From NCBI GenBank assembly GCA_963843375.1, contig CAWJKT010000009.1, positions 1 to 64,000 of the forward strand: a stretch of 64,000 bases of DNA, in the 5' to 3' direction. Made by a program: the position numbers and the translations under genes. Of this stretch, positions 52,423 to 63,585 are shown one piece after another; position 1 is the first letter of the stretch, and each line of letters opens with the position of its first letter. The notes beneath the pieces are model-generated. The model saw nothing but the letters and a program-made list of their open reading frames with translations, made no database searches and was not told the DNA's origin. Source of the stretch: an uncultured Pseudomonadota bacterium. GTDB lineage: Bacteria > Oederibacteriota > Muellerivitia > Muellerivitales > Muellerivitaceae.

Positions 52423-53805
52423 ATGGCTTACCTAAGCATCAATCCCTATGACGGAAAAATCTTGAAGAAATACGAGGAAATCACCGACCAGCAGTTGGAG
52501 AAAGCATTGACCACCGCGCAGGCCTGTTTTGAAGTATGGAAAAACAAGACTTTTGCCGAGCGCGCGGTAATTGTGGCGAAAGCCGCCGCAATTATGCACG
52601 CACGTATCGACGATTTCGCCCTTCTGGTGACACAGGATATGGGAAAACTCATCGACCAGTCCCGGGGCGAAGCGAAATTGAGCGCGGATATTATCGATTA
52701 CTACGCCAAGAACGCCGAGCAGTTCCTCGCGCCGCAGCGCCTCAAGCCAAGCTCGGGCGAGGCGGAGATCCAGAACGCTCCCTTCGGCGTGCTTTTCGGG
52801 GTCGAGCCCTGGAACTTTCCCTACTACCAACTGGCGCGGTTTGCCGCTCCAAACCTGATGGCGGGCAATGTGGTTATGGTCAAGCACGCGGGATGCGTTC
52901 CGCAATGCGCCCTGGCTTTTGAAAAATTGTGGCTGGAGGCTGGCGCACCGGTCGGCGCCTACACCAACCTGTTTATTTCCTATGACCAGGTGAACCGCGT
53001 CATTGACGATCCAAGGGTCATGGGTGTGGCTTTGACAGGCAGTGTTGAGGCCGGAAAAACCGTTGCGGGACGAGCGGGGCAAAATCTCAAAAAATCAACC
53101 ATGGAACTGGGCGGCGCCGATGCTTTCATCGTGTTGGAGGACGCAGACCTCGACAAGACGGTCCAGTGGGCAGTTTGGGGAAAAATGAATAACACGGGGC
53201 AGTGCTGTGTGGCGGCCAAGCGGTTCATTGTGGTGGAGGCGCTGGCCGACCGTTTCCTGGAGAAGTTCAAGGCGGCGCTGGCGGCGTTGAAACCGGGCGA
53301 TCCCATGGACAAGGCGACAACGCTGGGACCTTTATCCACTGAATCGGCCCTGGTCAAACTGGTAGACCAGGTCAAGCAGGCTGTCGCCCATGGCGCCACC
53401 CTGGTGCTTGGCGGCGGACGGATTGACCGTCCCGGAGCTTTCATGCAGCCGACAATCCTGTCCAATATCAAACCGGATAATCCCGCCTATGGGCAGGAAT
53501 TCTTCGGGCCTGTAGCTCTTTTCTTCAAAGTCAAAAACGAAGACGAGGCAGTGGCCCTGGCCAATGATTCGGAATTCGGTTTGGGAGGCTGCGTCTTCAC
53601 GAAGGATGTGGCACGGGGCAAACGGGTGGCTAGTCGAGTTGATACGGGCATGATGTTCGTCAATCACCCCACCTGGACAACGGCGGATCTGCCGTTTGGC
53701 GGGATTAAGAATTCGGGTTATGGACGGGAACTCTCGAGCTTGGGCATCCAGGAGTTCGTAAACAAAAAACTGGTCCGGGTCGCTTCCATCGACGCGCCAG
53801 CCTAG
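52423..53805 (+). CDS. gabD: NAD(P)-dependent succinate-semialdehyde/aldehyde dehydrogenase
   Basis: PWNFP, LTGS, ELGG, GQCC, EFFGP. Confidence 0.88.
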   Translation: MAYLSINPYDGKILKKYEEITDQQLEKALTTAQACFEVWKNKTFAERAVIVAKAAAIMHARIDDFALLVTQDMGKLIDQSRGEAKLSADIIDYYAKNAEQFLAPQRLKPSSGEAEIQNAPFGVLFGVEPWNFPYYQLARFAAPNLMAGNVVMVKHAGCVPQCALAFEKLWLEAGAPVGAYTNLFISYDQVNRVIDDPRVMGVALTGSVEAGKTVAGRAGQNLKKSTMELGGADAFIVLEDADLDKTVQWAVWGKMNNTGQCCVAAKRFIVVEALADRFLEKFKAALAALKPGDPMDKATTLGPLSTESALVKLVDQVKQAVAHGATLVLGGGRIDRPGAFMQPTILSNIKPDNPAYGQEFFGPVALFFKVKNEDEAVALANDSEFGLGGCVFTKDVARGKRVASRVDTGMMFVNHPTWTTADLPFGGIKNSGYGRELSSLGIQEFVNKKLVRVASIDAPA

Positions 53806-53866
53806 TGTCGAAACGCCAATCGGCCGCTTTCGTCAGCGGCGTTGCTCAAAAAAACAGGAGTTAATC

Positions 53867-54901
53867 ATGGGACATCAAATGCATGCGGCAATGGTTGAGC
53901 AGTTTGGAAAACCCTTGTTACTAAAAGAATTGGATATTCCCTCCGTTGGTCCCGGCCAGATATTGATTAAAACCGAGGCTTGCGGGGTATGTCATACGGA
54001 TCTCCATGCGGCGCATGGAGATTGGCCGGTAAAGCCCACACTTCCGTTTATCCCCGGTCATGAAGGCATAGGGATCGTCATTGCTGTCAGTTCGGGTGTG
54101 AAGGCTGTGAAAGAAGGTGACCGGGTCGGGGTGCCCTGGCTCTATTCGGCCTGCGGCCATTGCGAGTATTGCCTGTCCGCCTGGGAGACGGTTTGTCCGG
54201 ATGCGCAATTCGGCGGTTACACCAAGAACGGCGGTTTTGCCGAATATATCCTCGCTGACCCCAACTACGTCGCCCATATTCCCGCCGGTCTCGCCGCAAG
54301 TGAAGCGGCCCCGATCATTTGCGCGGGTATCACTACCTATAAAGGGATCAAGGAGACTGGGGCAAAGCCCGGTGAATGGATCGCTATTTCGGGTGCTGGC
54401 GGCCTGGGGCATCTGGCGATCCAGTATGCCAAGGTCATGGGACTTCATGTCTGTGCCATTGATATTAGTGACGGCAAACTTGCCCACGCTAAGCGACTGG
54501 GCGCCGATTTCACGTTCAATGCCAAGACGGGTGATCCGGCTGCGGCCGTGAAAAAGATGACCGGAGGGGGAGCCCATGGGGTTCTTATTACAGCCCCTTC
54601 GCTAAGCGCGTTTAAACAGGGTGTGGGCATGACCCGCAAGCGGGGTACCTGCGTGCTGGTGGGCCTGCCGCCGGGCGAGTTTCCTGTTCCGCTCTTCGAC
54701 GTGGTGGCGAACTGTATCACCATCCGGGGTTCTTTTGTGGGCACCCGCAAGGATATGGCTGAGGCGCTGGCCTTCGCCGCCGAGGGAAAGGTCAAAGCGG
54801 ATATCGAGCTACAGCCCTTGTCCGCGATCAACAACATATTCGAACGGCTTGAAAAGGGAGATGTGCCGTCACGGGTAGTTATCGAGTTCGCGAAAAGTTA
54901 G
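53867..54901 (+). CDS. adhP: Zn alcohol dehydrogenase
   Basis: CHTD, GHEG, structural Zn Cys, GAGGLG. Confidence 0.92.
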   Translation: MGHQMHAAMVEQFGKPLLLKELDIPSVGPGQILIKTEACGVCHTDLHAAHGDWPVKPTLPFIPGHEGIGIVIAVSSGVKAVKEGDRVGVPWLYSACGHCEYCLSAWETVCPDAQFGGYTKNGGFAEYILADPNYVAHIPAGLAASEAAPIICAGITTYKGIKETGAKPGEWIAISGAGGLGHLAIQYAKVMGLHVCAIDISDGKLAHAKRLGADFTFNAKTGDPAAAVKKMTGGGAHGVLITAPSLSAFKQGVGMTRKRGTCVLVGLPPGEFPVPLFDVVANCITIRGSFVGTRKDMAEALAFAAEGKVKADIELQPLSAINNIFERLEKGDVPSRVVIEFAKS

Positions 54902-54934
54902 AGCGAAAAACATAAGGTTCGCCAGATATGGAAA

Positions 54935-56413
54935 ATGAAGGAAGAAATGATGAATCTAGATACAGCGTTACTTGATTGCCGACGGATGAGTGAATCCGAC
55001 CGGTTGACAGTGGCTTCGGGTCATTCCATTCAAGAGCTGATGGAGAAGGCGGGAAGCGCGGTCGCGCGCGAGATCATGAATCGCTGGACGTCTCGTCCGG
55101 TGACGGTACTCTGCGGTCCCGGTAACAATGGAGGAGACGGTTTTGTCGCGGCCCGACGGCTTTCCGAAGCGGGTTGGCCCGTTCGTTTGGCCCTTCTGGG
55201 TTCCCGTGGCGCACTTAAAAATGAGGTAGCGCTTGCGGCGCAACAATGGCTTGGACAGGTTGAGCCACTGGAAACAGGCGTTCTCAAGGATGCCCAGCTG
55301 ATAGTGGACGCGGTCTTTGGAGCGGGATTGACCCGTGCTTTGGATGGAGAAGTTTTAGAAACTTTATCCACCGCGTCAAAAATGGGAATACCCCTGGTGG
55401 CGGTCGATGTACCCAGCGGTTTGATGGGGGACACGGGGGAAGTTTTGGGTGCTGTAGAGGCGGTTTTGACCGTCACTTATACCCGCAAGAAGCCGGGTCA
55501 CCTGCTGTTGCCGGGACGGGATTTATGCGGTGAAGTTGTGGTGGCGGATATCGGAACACCCTTATCGGTCATCGAAAGTGTCGCGCCGAACACATTTGAA
55601 AATAACCCAAAACTCTGGATTTCAGCCCTGCCTAAAGCAAAGTCCGGCGGCAACAAATACACTCGCGGTCACGCGCTTATTTATGGAGGTTATCCCATCA
55701 CCGGAGCCTCCCGGATGGCGGCACTGGGAGCGGCCCGGGCAGGAGCCGGATTGACGACCATCGCCGTGCCTCAAACCGCTTTGGCGATTTACGCGGGCGC
55801 TTTGACCAGCATCATGGTTCACCCCTTGATGGATGCCGGAGATTTTGACCGTATGATGGAAGATACCCGGTTTACCGCTTTTCTCATCGGCCCTGGCACC
55901 GGAGTCGGCGAAGAAACCCGCCGCCGCGCGGTTGCCATCCTGAAAACTAAACGTCCCGTTTTGCTGGATGCGGACGCCCTAACCTCATTTCAAACCGACC
56001 CTTTGGCGTTGGACGCGGCTATCGCCGGGCCTTGTGTTTTGACTCCCCATGAGGGTGAGTTCCGCCGATTATTCGATTTTAAAGGCGACAAGCTCACAAG
56101 GGCCCGCATGGCGGCCAAACGAAGCAGAGCTATTTTGGTTCTCAAAGGCAATGACACGGTCATCGCAGCCCCAGATGGCCGGGCCATTATTAATTCCAAC
56201 GCGCCGTCGACTTTGGCTACCGCCGGTTCGGGGGATGTATTGAGCGGGATTATTTTGGGGCTTCTCGCCCAGGGAGTCGATCCGTTTTTCGCCTCGGCGG
56301 CGGGGGTATGGATGCATGGGGCGGCGGCGGACGAATTTGGACCGGGGCTTATCGCCGAGGACTTGCCCGATTTACTGCCGGGAGTATTACAAAAGCTTTT
56401 CCGTTTGAGATAA
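54935..56413 (+). CDS. nnr: Bifunctional NAD(P)HX epimerase/dehydratase
   Basis: GPGNNGGD, DVPSG, DADA, TPHEGEF, AGSGDVL. Confidence 0.94.
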   Translation: MKEEMMNLDTALLDCRRMSESDRLTVASGHSIQELMEKAGSAVAREIMNRWTSRPVTVLCGPGNNGGDGFVAARRLSEAGWPVRLALLGSRGALKNEVALAAQQWLGQVEPLETGVLKDAQLIVDAVFGAGLTRALDGEVLETLSTASKMGIPLVAVDVPSGLMGDTGEVLGAVEAVLTVTYTRKKPGHLLLPGRDLCGEVVVADIGTPLSVIESVAPNTFENNPKLWISALPKAKSGGNKYTRGHALIYGGYPITGASRMAALGAARAGAGLTTIAVPQTALAIYAGALTSIMVHPLMDAGDFDRMMEDTRFTAFLIGPGTGVGEETRRRAVAILKTKRPVLLDADALTSFQTDPLALDAAIAGPCVLTPHEGEFRRLFDFKGDKLTRARMAAKRSRAILVLKGNDTVIAAPDGRAIINSNAPSTLATAGSGDVLSGIILGLLAQGVDPFFASAAGVWMHGAAADEFGPGLIAEDLPDLLPGVLQKLFRLR

Positions 56414-56435
56414 ATAAGACTTACTGGAGAAAACA

Positions 56436-57419
56436 ATGAACGCGATGGTACTGAATCAAATTAAAACCACTCTTCAGTGGATTACTATGGCAGATCCCGA
56501 ACCGGGACCGGGACAGATCCGGGTCAAGGTAGGTGCCTGCGGTGTCTGCCGCACGGACTTGCATGTAGTTGACGGGGAATTGCCCAATCCCCAAGTGCCG
56601 ATCATTCCCGGCCATGAGATTGTGGGAAGGATCGATCTGGTGGGACCGGGAGTCGAAGGTTTAAAAGTCGGGGAAAGGGTCGGCGTTCCCTGGCTGGGCC
56701 ATACCTGCGGAGTTTGTCCCTACTGCCGGAGTGGCCACGAAAATCTTTGCGATCATCCCATTTTTACTGGTTACACCCGCGACGGGGGCTTTGCCACCTC
56801 GGTTGTGGCCGACGCGCGTTTCGCCTTTCCACTGGGCGAGTCGGGGAGTGATGTTTCTTTAGCTCCGTTACTTTGCGCCGGCCTTATCGGCTGGCGGGCT
56901 CTCGTAGCAGCAGGAGACAGCAAAAAACTAGGGCTTTATGGTTTCGGCGCGGCGGCTCATATCATCGCTCAAGTGGCCAAATGGCAGGGACGATCGGTTT
57001 TTGCTTATACTAAACCAGGCGACCTGACGACCCAGAATTTCGCCAGGGGATTAGGGGCGACCTGGGCGGGAGGATCGGACGAAACACCTCCCGAACTGCT
57101 GGACTCGGCGATCATCTTCGCCACATTGGGCGATCTAGTGCCTTCGGCGCTCAAGACCGTTCGCAAAGGGGGCCGGGTGGTTTGCGCCGGCATTCACATG
57201 AGCGACATTCCGAAATTTTCTTATGACCTGCTTTGGGGTGAAAGGCAAATCGTTTCAGTCGCCAATTTGACCCGCCAGGATGGAATTGATTTTCTAAGTC
57301 AAGCACCTCAAATGAATATTGTGACAGAGACAACCACTTATCCGCTCCGGCAGGCCAACGAAGCCCTGGCCGATCTGCGCGCAGGCCGGTTCAATGGCGC
57401 GGCGGTGCTAGTGCCATGA
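56436..57419 (+). CDS. Zn-binding alcohol dehydrogenase family protein
   Basis: CRTD, GHE, CGVCPYC...C, GFGAAA. Confidence 0.92.
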   Translation: MNAMVLNQIKTTLQWITMADPEPGPGQIRVKVGACGVCRTDLHVVDGELPNPQVPIIPGHEIVGRIDLVGPGVEGLKVGERVGVPWLGHTCGVCPYCRSGHENLCDHPIFTGYTRDGGFATSVVADARFAFPLGESGSDVSLAPLLCAGLIGWRALVAAGDSKKLGLYGFGAAAHIIAQVAKWQGRSVFAYTKPGDLTTQNFARGLGATWAGGSDETPPELLDSAIIFATLGDLVPSALKTVRKGGRVVCAGIHMSDIPKFSYDLLWGERQIVSVANLTRQDGIDFLSQAPQMNIVTETTTYPLRQANEALADLRAGRFNGAAVLVP

Positions 57420-58456
57420 ACACATTAGTGCTTGTCGAAACCGCGAAGTGGTTGATGGCAGGCCATAAGGGCCTGCTGGCGATGGACGAAAGCAACCCTA
57501 CCTGCAACAAACGATTTGCCGCGCTGGGAATTCCGCAGACCGAGGAAATGCGCCGCGCCTACCGGGAGCTGATCGTCACCACGCCCGGTTTGGGCGAGAG
57601 TATTAGCGGTGCGATCCTCTGCGACGAGACCATCCGCCAGAAGAAAAAAGACGGCACACCATTTGTGAAAGCACTTACCGACGGCGGAATTATCGCCGGT
57701 ATTAAAGTGGACAGGGGCGCCAAGGCTATGGCAGGTCATGCGGGGGAGAAAATAACCGAGGGCCTAGACGGTTTGCGCGAAAGACTGGAGGAATATTCCC
57801 GGATGGGAGCCCGTTTCGCCAAATGGCGCGCGGTGATCACAATGGGCAAGGGCGTTCCCAGCCGGGGTTGTATTCAGGCAAATGCTCAGGCCCTGGCCCG
57901 CTATGCCGCTTTATGCCAGGAAACCGGGTTGGTTCCTATTGTGGAGCCGGAAGTGCTTATGGACGGCGACCATACGCTGAAGAGATGTTTTGACACAACG
58001 GAAGAAGTCCTGCGGACTGTTTTTGAGGAGCTTTACAACCAGAACATCCTGCTGGAGGGAATGATACTCAAGCCCAACATGGTGCTACCCGGTTTGGCCT
58101 GCCCCCATCTGGAAGGGGTGGACGAGGTAGCCGACGCCACGGTGCGGTGCCTATTGCGGACAGTGCCAGCAGCCGTTTCGGGTATCGCGTTCCTGTCCGG
58201 CGGACAACCTCCCGAAACGGCATCGGCCCGTTTGAACGCAATGAATATCCGGTTCAAACATAAACTGCCTTGGGCCCTTACCTTTTCCTTTTCCAGAGCC
58301 ATCCAACAGCCAGCCCTGGATATTTGGAGGGGAGAGGAAGCTCATCTGCAAGCGGCCCAATTTGTCCTGCATCATCGCGCTACCTGCAACCGATCTGCAC
58401 GACGTGGTGAATATAGCGAAGCGGAGGATACGCATACGGCCAATACACAACGATAA
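57416..58456 (+). CDS. Class I fructose-bisphosphate aldolase
   Basis: GLLAMDES, AKWR, PIVEPE, LKPNM, FLSGGQ. Confidence 0.94.
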   Translation: MNTLVLVETAKWLMAGHKGLLAMDESNPTCNKRFAALGIPQTEEMRRAYRELIVTTPGLGESISGAILCDETIRQKKKDGTPFVKALTDGGIIAGIKVDRGAKAMAGHAGEKITEGLDGLRERLEEYSRMGARFAKWRAVITMGKGVPSRGCIQANAQALARYAALCQETGLVPIVEPEVLMDGDHTLKRCFDTTEEVLRTVFEELYNQNILLEGMILKPNMVLPGLACPHLEGVDEVADATVRCLLRTVPAAVSGIAFLSGGQPPETASARLNAMNIRFKHKLPWALTFSFSRAIQQPALDIWRGEEAHLQAAQFVLHHRATCNRSARRGEYSEAEDTHTANTQR

Positions 58457-58532
58457 AACAAAAGTCGCGTTTTCAAAATCGGCAAACGCCATGACTTTTG
58501 AATCGAAGCTGGAAGCGAAGTCTACCACAGGA

Positions 58533-58630
58533 GATGACCTGAAAACCTTCCCGATGGCGGAAGTGGAAAAAAACTGGGTTCGACGCAGGAGAGCGTAAGC
58601 AAGGCTGGGACGCAGAAATGGTTGATCCAA
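58533..58630 (+). pseudogene. Frameshifted relic of H+-ATPase N-terminus
   Basis: DDLKTFPMAEVEK/LGSTQESVSKAGTQKWL vs [31 protein letters not shown]. Confidence 0.7.
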
Positions 58631-58735
58631 GGAAAGGAATTTAATGATGAATCATATGCCTGGATTAATGTGCGCATGGATGCGTGGAGGAAATGATCCT
58701 GGATAGCCAGTTTGAAGAGGGGGGCGGACGGATGG

Positions 58736-58873
58736 ATGGACAGATGGAATTGCCTTGGGATGGACGGATGGGGAAGAATTTTGACAAATCAGGGATTTTT
58801 GATTCGGTCAGGGATATTCATATTGGTGATAGCACTATTGATCGTATTGATCCGTGTGTGGTCAAAAAAATAA
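58736..58873 (+). CDS. Small single-TM peptide below ORF-track cut-off
   Basis: MDRWNCLGMDGWG...GIFILVIALLIVLIRVWSKK*. Confidence 0.5.
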   Translation: MDRWNCLGMDGWGRILTNQGFLIRSGIFILVIALLIVLIRVWSKK

Positions 58874-58942
58874 GCATGTGTTCGTTTCGGATTTTTGAAG
58901 TGAATGTAAAAGAACGGTAGAAATCAGGAAAGGATATTACTA

Positions 58943-61900
58943 ATGAAGGAACAAGAGTCAAAAAAGAAACCTCAGTCGAAACCGGGAGAAAAGCCTGCTC
59001 CGGAGGATGAATTGAAAACCCTTCCCCTAGAGGAAGTTGAGAAGAAACTGGGGTCATCGCCGGAGGGCATCAGCCAGGCTGAGGCCCAGAAGCGGCTGGC
59101 CCAATATGGGCCCAACGAGATCGAGGAAAAGAAAACTAATCCCTTCCTGAAGTTTCTCTCCTATTTTTGGGGGCCTATTCCCTGGATGATCGAAGCGGCA
59201 GTGATTCTTTCGGCGGTCGCCCGGCATTGGCCGGACTTTTTTATCATTCTCCTACTGCTTTTTTCCAACGCAATCGTCGGGTTCTGGGAAGAAAGACAGG
59301 CGGGCAATGCCATTGAGGCCCTGAAGGCCCAGCTGGCGGTCAAGGCCCGGGTGTTGAGAGACGGGAAATGGCTCAATCCCCCCGCGAAGGAACTGGTCCC
59401 GGGCGATGTCATTCGCATTCGCTTGGGCGACATCGTGCCGGCGGATGCGCGCCTGCTTTCGGGTGACGAAGTGTCGGTAGACCAGTCCGCCTTGACGGGA
59501 GAATCCTTACCCGCCACAAAAAAACCGGGCGACGCGGTATTTTCCGGATCCATTCTCCGGCGGGGCGAGATCGGCGCGCTGGTCTACGCTACAGGCGCAA
59601 ATACCTATTTCGGCAAAACGGCTCAGTTGGTGCAGGAAGCGCACACGGTTAGCCATTTCCAAAAAGCGGTGCTGAAAATCGGTGATTATTTAATCATTTT
59701 GGCGGCGGTCCTGGTGGCTGTCATCATCATCGTCGCCATTCTCCGTGGCGACCCGATCCTTAACACTCTGCAGTTCGCTTTGGTTTTAACCGTGGCCGCC
59801 ATTCCGGTGGCAATGCCCACGGTGCTTTCGGTGACCATGGCGGTTGGCGCGCGTTTATTGGCTAAAAAACAGGCGATCGTCAGCAAACTGGTGGCTATTG
59901 AGGAATTGGCGGGAGTGGATGTGCTGTGCGCTGACAAGACCGGCACCCTGACCCAGAACAAGTTGACTTTGGGTGACCCTTTCAGCCTGGACAATATTCC
60001 CCCCGAGCAGTTGATTCTCAACGGAGCTCTGGCGTCCCGCGCGGAAAATAACGACACCATTGACCTGGCCGTCCTAGGGGGACTGAAAGATAAAGAGGTT
60101 TTGAAAGACTATCAGGTGGTTCATTTCGTCCCCTTCGACGCGGTGCATAAACGCACCGAGGCGACCGTCAAAGGCAAGGATGGAAAAGAATTCAAGGTCA
60201 CCAAGGGCGCGCCACAAGTGATCTTGGAATTATCGGCCAACGCGGCCCAGGGGAAACCAGCTGTCGAAAAGGCGGTCAACGAGTTCGCGTCGCGTGGGTT
60301 CCGTTCCTTGGGAGTGGCCCGGTCCGAAGGGGGAGGCCCCTGGAAACTCCTGGGAGTCCTGCCCCTGTTTGATCCGCCCCGGGAAGACGCCAAGGAAACC
60401 ATCGCGACCGCGCTGGCGATGGGTGTCAAGGTCAAGATGGTAACAGGCGACGCGTTGGCCATCGCCAAGGAAACCGCCAAAAAACTGGATATGGGAACGA
60501 ATATCCTGGATGCGGCCGGCCTCGGCGACTCGAAGCACGATGAGAACGACGCCACAGCCGAATCTATCGAGAAGGCCGACGGATTCGCCCAGGTATTCCC
60601 GGAGCATAAATTTCACATTGTTGATGTCCTACAGAAGCGCGGACACTTGGTTGGTATGACAGGCGACGGGGTGAATGACGCCCCCGCGCTGAAGAAAGCG
60701 GATTGCGGTATCGCGGTCTCCGGCGCGACGGACGCGGCGCGGGCGGCGGCCTCCATCGTATTAATGACGCCGGGCCTGTCGGTGATTATCGACGCCATCA
60801 AGGAAAGCCGGAAAATTTTCCAGAGGATGAACAGTTACGCTATTTACCGCATCGCCGAAACCCTGAGGGTGTTGTTTTTCATGACGGCGTCAATCCTAGT
60901 CTTCAATTTTTATCCGGTAACCGCGGTCATGATCGTCATGCTGGCCCTGCTCAATGACGGGGCCATCCTGTCCATCGCCTATGACAACGTCCATTACAAG
61001 AACCAGCCCGAGGAATGGAACATGCGTTTGGTGCTGGCCATCTCAACCGTGCTGGGCGTTCTGGGGGTTATTGCGGCATTCGGATTGTTTGTCCTTGGGG
61101 ACCGGGTATTTCACATGGATCGGCCCCACCTCCAAACGCTGATGTATTTGAAGCTGTCCGTAGCAGGACATATGACCATCTTCCTCACCCGCACCCGCGG
61201 CCGCCTTTGGTCGATCCGCCCCGCCAAAATTTTATGGATGGCCGTACTGGGAACCCAGACCGTGGCGACCTTGATCGCGGTTTACGGTTTTTTGATGACG
61301 CCGCTGGGATGGGGTTGGGCCGGATTTGTCTGGGGATACGCCATCGTTTGGGCGCTCCTGAATGACCAGGTGAAAGTGCTGGCTTACCGGATTTTTGATC
61401 CTGCAAAAAAAGATGGCGCTAAGCCTGAGGAAAAACCTGAATCCAAAGGGGAACCGAAGTCTGAGACTAAAGCGGAAGCCAAATCCGAAGTTAAGCCGGA
61501 TACAAAACCCGAGGATAAGTCCGAAGTCAAAGCGGGGGCGAAACCTGATGCCAAAGCCGGGGATAAGCCAGAACCCGCAGCGGAAACCAAGCCGGAAGCT
61601 AAGGCCGAGCCTAAGCCGGATAAAGCCAAATCAGAGCCAAAGCCCGAAGCCAAGGCAGAGGCAAAACCCGAAGTGAAAGACGAACCCAAACCTGAAGTTA
61701 AATCAGAACAAAAACCTGATGCCAATGCTGGAAATAAGCCTGACCCTAAAGGGGAGCCAAAGCCTGAATCGAAAGCGGATGCTAAACCCGAAACTCCACC
61801 CGAGCCTAAGTCTGACGCTCAACCGGAGCCCAAACCGAAATCAGATTTAAAACCGCAAATTGCCCAGCGGGCCTATGAACTTTATGAAAAGCGGGGCCGC

Positions 61901-62188
61901 CAGAGCGGTCAATCGGACCAGGACTGGGACAAAGCCGAACGCGAGCTTCGAAAAAATAGCGCTGAATCCAAGACCAAAGCCGAACCCGCGCCTGAAGTAA
62001 AAGCCGAGTCCAAACCCGAAGTGAAACAGGAGCCTGCACCTGAAGCCAAAGGAAAGACGAAGGATTTGACCCCGCAAATCGTCAAGCGGGTCCATAAACT
62101 TTATGAGGAACTGGGACGGGAAGAGGTTCGCGAAGTTGAGGAAATGGAAAAGGCCGATCGGGAAACCAAGAAAAAGGATAAATTGTGA
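58943..62188 (+). CDS. Plasma-membrane proton-efflux P-type ATPase (IIIA) with K/P/E/A linker and DUF2934-like tail
   Basis: [34 protein letters not shown]. Confidence 0.95.
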   Translation: MKEQESKKKPQSKPGEKPAPEDELKTLPLEEVEKKLGSSPEGISQAEAQKRLAQYGPNEIEEKKTNPFLKFLSYFWGPIPWMIEAAVILSAVARHWPDFFIILLLLFSNAIVGFWEERQAGNAIEALKAQLAVKARVLRDGKWLNPPAKELVPGDVIRIRLGDIVPADARLLSGDEVSVDQSALTGESLPATKKPGDAVFSGSILRRGEIGALVYATGANTYFGKTAQLVQEAHTVSHFQKAVLKIGDYLIILAAVLVAVIIIVAILRGDPILNTLQFALVLTVAAIPVAMPTVLSVTMAVGARLLAKKQAIVSKLVAIEELAGVDVLCADKTGTLTQNKLTLGDPFSLDNIPPEQLILNGALASRAENNDTIDLAVLGGLKDKEVLKDYQVVHFVPFDAVHKRTEATVKGKDGKEFKVTKGAPQVILELSANAAQGKPAVEKAVNEFASRGFRSLGVARSEGGGPWKLLGVLPLFDPPREDAKETIATALAMGVKVKMVTGDALAIAKETAKKLDMGTNILDAAGLGDSKHDENDATAESIEKADGFAQVFPEHKFHIVDVLQKRGHLVGMTGDGVNDAPALKKADCGIAVSGATDAARAAASIVLMTPGLSVIIDAIKESRKIFQRMNSYAIYRIAETLRVLFFMTASILVFNFYPVTAVMIVMLALLNDGAILSIAYDNVHYKNQPEEWNMRLVLAISTVLGVLGVIAAFGLFVLGDRVFHMDRPHLQTLMYLKLSVAGHMTIFLTRTRGRLWSIRPAKILWMAVLGTQTVATLIAVYGFLMTPLGWGWAGFVWGYAIVWALLNDQVKVLAYRIFDPAKKDGAKPEEKPESKGEPKSETKAEAKSEVKPDTKPEDKSEVKAGAKPDAKAGDKPEPAAETKPEAKAEPKPDKAKSEPKPEAKAEAKPEVKDEPKPEVKSEQKPDANAGNKPDPKGEPKPESKADAKPETPPEPKSDAQPEPKPKSDLKPQIAQRAYELYEKRGRQSGQSDQDWDKAERELRKNSAESKTKAEPAPEVKAESKPEVKQEPAPEAKGKTKDLTPQIVKRVHKLYEELGREEVREVEEMEKADRETKKKDKL
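61400..61850 (+). repeat. Low-complexity KPE(A/V)K repeat linker
   Basis: Degenerate KPEAKAE-type repeats in translation. Confidence 0.9.
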
Positions 62189-63069
62189 AAATCGATCCTA
62201 AAGATTATCAGGTGAAAGAAGGAAAAGAAGTCGAACTCAAAAAATGGCCGACCCAGATAAAACCCTTGTACGACTCGAAGGAAGATTATCAAAAGGTTCT
62301 GGCGGACCATGTGGAAAAGCTTAGCGCGGTACAAAACCTTCATTACGCGGACAACCGCTATTCAGTTCTTTTGATCTTTCAGGCGATGGACGCGGCAGGC
62401 AAAGACGGCGCGATCAAGCATGTGATGTCGGGAGTCAACCCCCAGGGCTGCCAGGTTTTCAGTTTCAAGCATCCCAGCGCCATGGAGCTGCAGCACGACT
62501 TTCTTTGGCGCACTACCCGGGACCTGCCCGAGAGGGGAAGAATCGGAATTTTTAACCGTTCCTATTACGAGGAAGTACTTATCGCCAAGGTGCATCCTGA
62601 GATTTTAAAAGCCGAGCAGGTTGATGATGGAAAAGATATTTGGGAAAAAAGGTATCAGTCCATCGTGGATTTGGAGAAGCACCTTTACCGCAACGGCACC
62701 CGAATCATCAAATTTTTTCTTCACCTTTCCAAGGAAGAACAGCGAAAGCGGTTCCTGGCCCGGTTGGAGGAACCGGAAAAGAATTGGAAATTCAGCCTCA
62801 ATGACATCCATGAACGGAAATACTGGAAAGATTACCGGAAGGCATTCGAAGACTGTCTGGGCGCTACCAGCACTGAAAATAATCCATGGTACGTCGTTCC
62901 GGCGGACGACAAGAAAGACGCCCGATTAATCGTTTCCGCAATTATTTTGGACAGAATGGAAAAGCTGAAAATGAGTTACCCGAAGCAGGATAAGGCCCGC
63001 CACAAAGAACTCGAAGAGGCGTTGAGGGTGTTGAAAAAGCAAGGTGAAAAAAAGGATAGTGACGAATAG
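62185..63069 (+). CDS. ppk2: Polyphosphate kinase 2 family
   Basis: [24 protein letters not shown]. Confidence 0.93.
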   Translation: MKIDPKDYQVKEGKEVELKKWPTQIKPLYDSKEDYQKVLADHVEKLSAVQNLHYADNRYSVLLIFQAMDAAGKDGAIKHVMSGVNPQGCQVFSFKHPSAMELQHDFLWRTTRDLPERGRIGIFNRSYYEEVLIAKVHPEILKAEQVDDGKDIWEKRYQSIVDLEKHLYRNGTRIIKFFLHLSKEEQRKRFLARLEEPEKNWKFSLNDIHERKYWKDYRKAFEDCLGATSTENNPWYVVPADDKKDARLIVSAIILDRMEKLKMSYPKQDKARHKELEEALRVLKKQGEKKDSDE

Positions 63070-63108
63070 CCGGGTTTAAGTAAATGGGTTCGAAAAAGGG
63101 GCGAATGT

Positions 63109-63585
63109 ATGGAAATTAAGAAATCACGGAGCGTTGTCGGTATCGCCGCCGACCATGGCGGATTTGAATTAAAGGAACAGCTTTTGGGTAAATTGCGGGA
63201 CGCCGGTTATGAAACGATGGATTTCGGGGATGCGGGACTGAAGCCTGATGATGATTATCCGGATTTTGTCGTTCCGCTGGCCCGTGCGGTCGTCGGCGGA
63301 GAGGTGTGGCGCGGAGTGGCCTTATGCGGAAGCGGTGTCGGGGCTTCGGTTGCCGCAAACAAAGTGAAGGGGATTCGGGCCTGTCTCATTCATGAAACTT
63401 TTTCAGCGCACCAGGGCGTCGAGGATGACAACATGAACATTCTCTGCCTGGGCGGTCTTGTTATCGGACACGCTCTTGCTTGGGAATTGGTTCGAACATT
63501 TCTCGCAGCACGATTCAAGGAAACCGAGCGTTATCGGCGCCGCCTGTCCAAGGTTTCCGAACTTGAAAATAAGGAGACAATATGA
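63109..63585 (+). CDS. rpiB: RpiB/LacA/LacB sugar-phosphate isomerase
   Basis: DHGG, DDYP, CGSGVG, ANK, NILCLG. Confidence 0.92.
   Translation: MEIKKSRSVVGIAADHGGFELKEQLLGKLRDAGYETMDFGDAGLKPDDDYPDFVVPLARAVVGGEVWRGVALCGSGVGASVAANKVKGIRACLIHETFSAHQGVEDDNMNILCLGGLVIGHALAWELVRTFLAARFKETERYRRRLSKVSELENKETI

Noticed and set aside
39214..54577. Long minus-strand ORFs (39214..40119, 40656..41654, 48551..49633, 53921..54577)
   Set aside because: Antisense to well-conserved enzymes, no motifs
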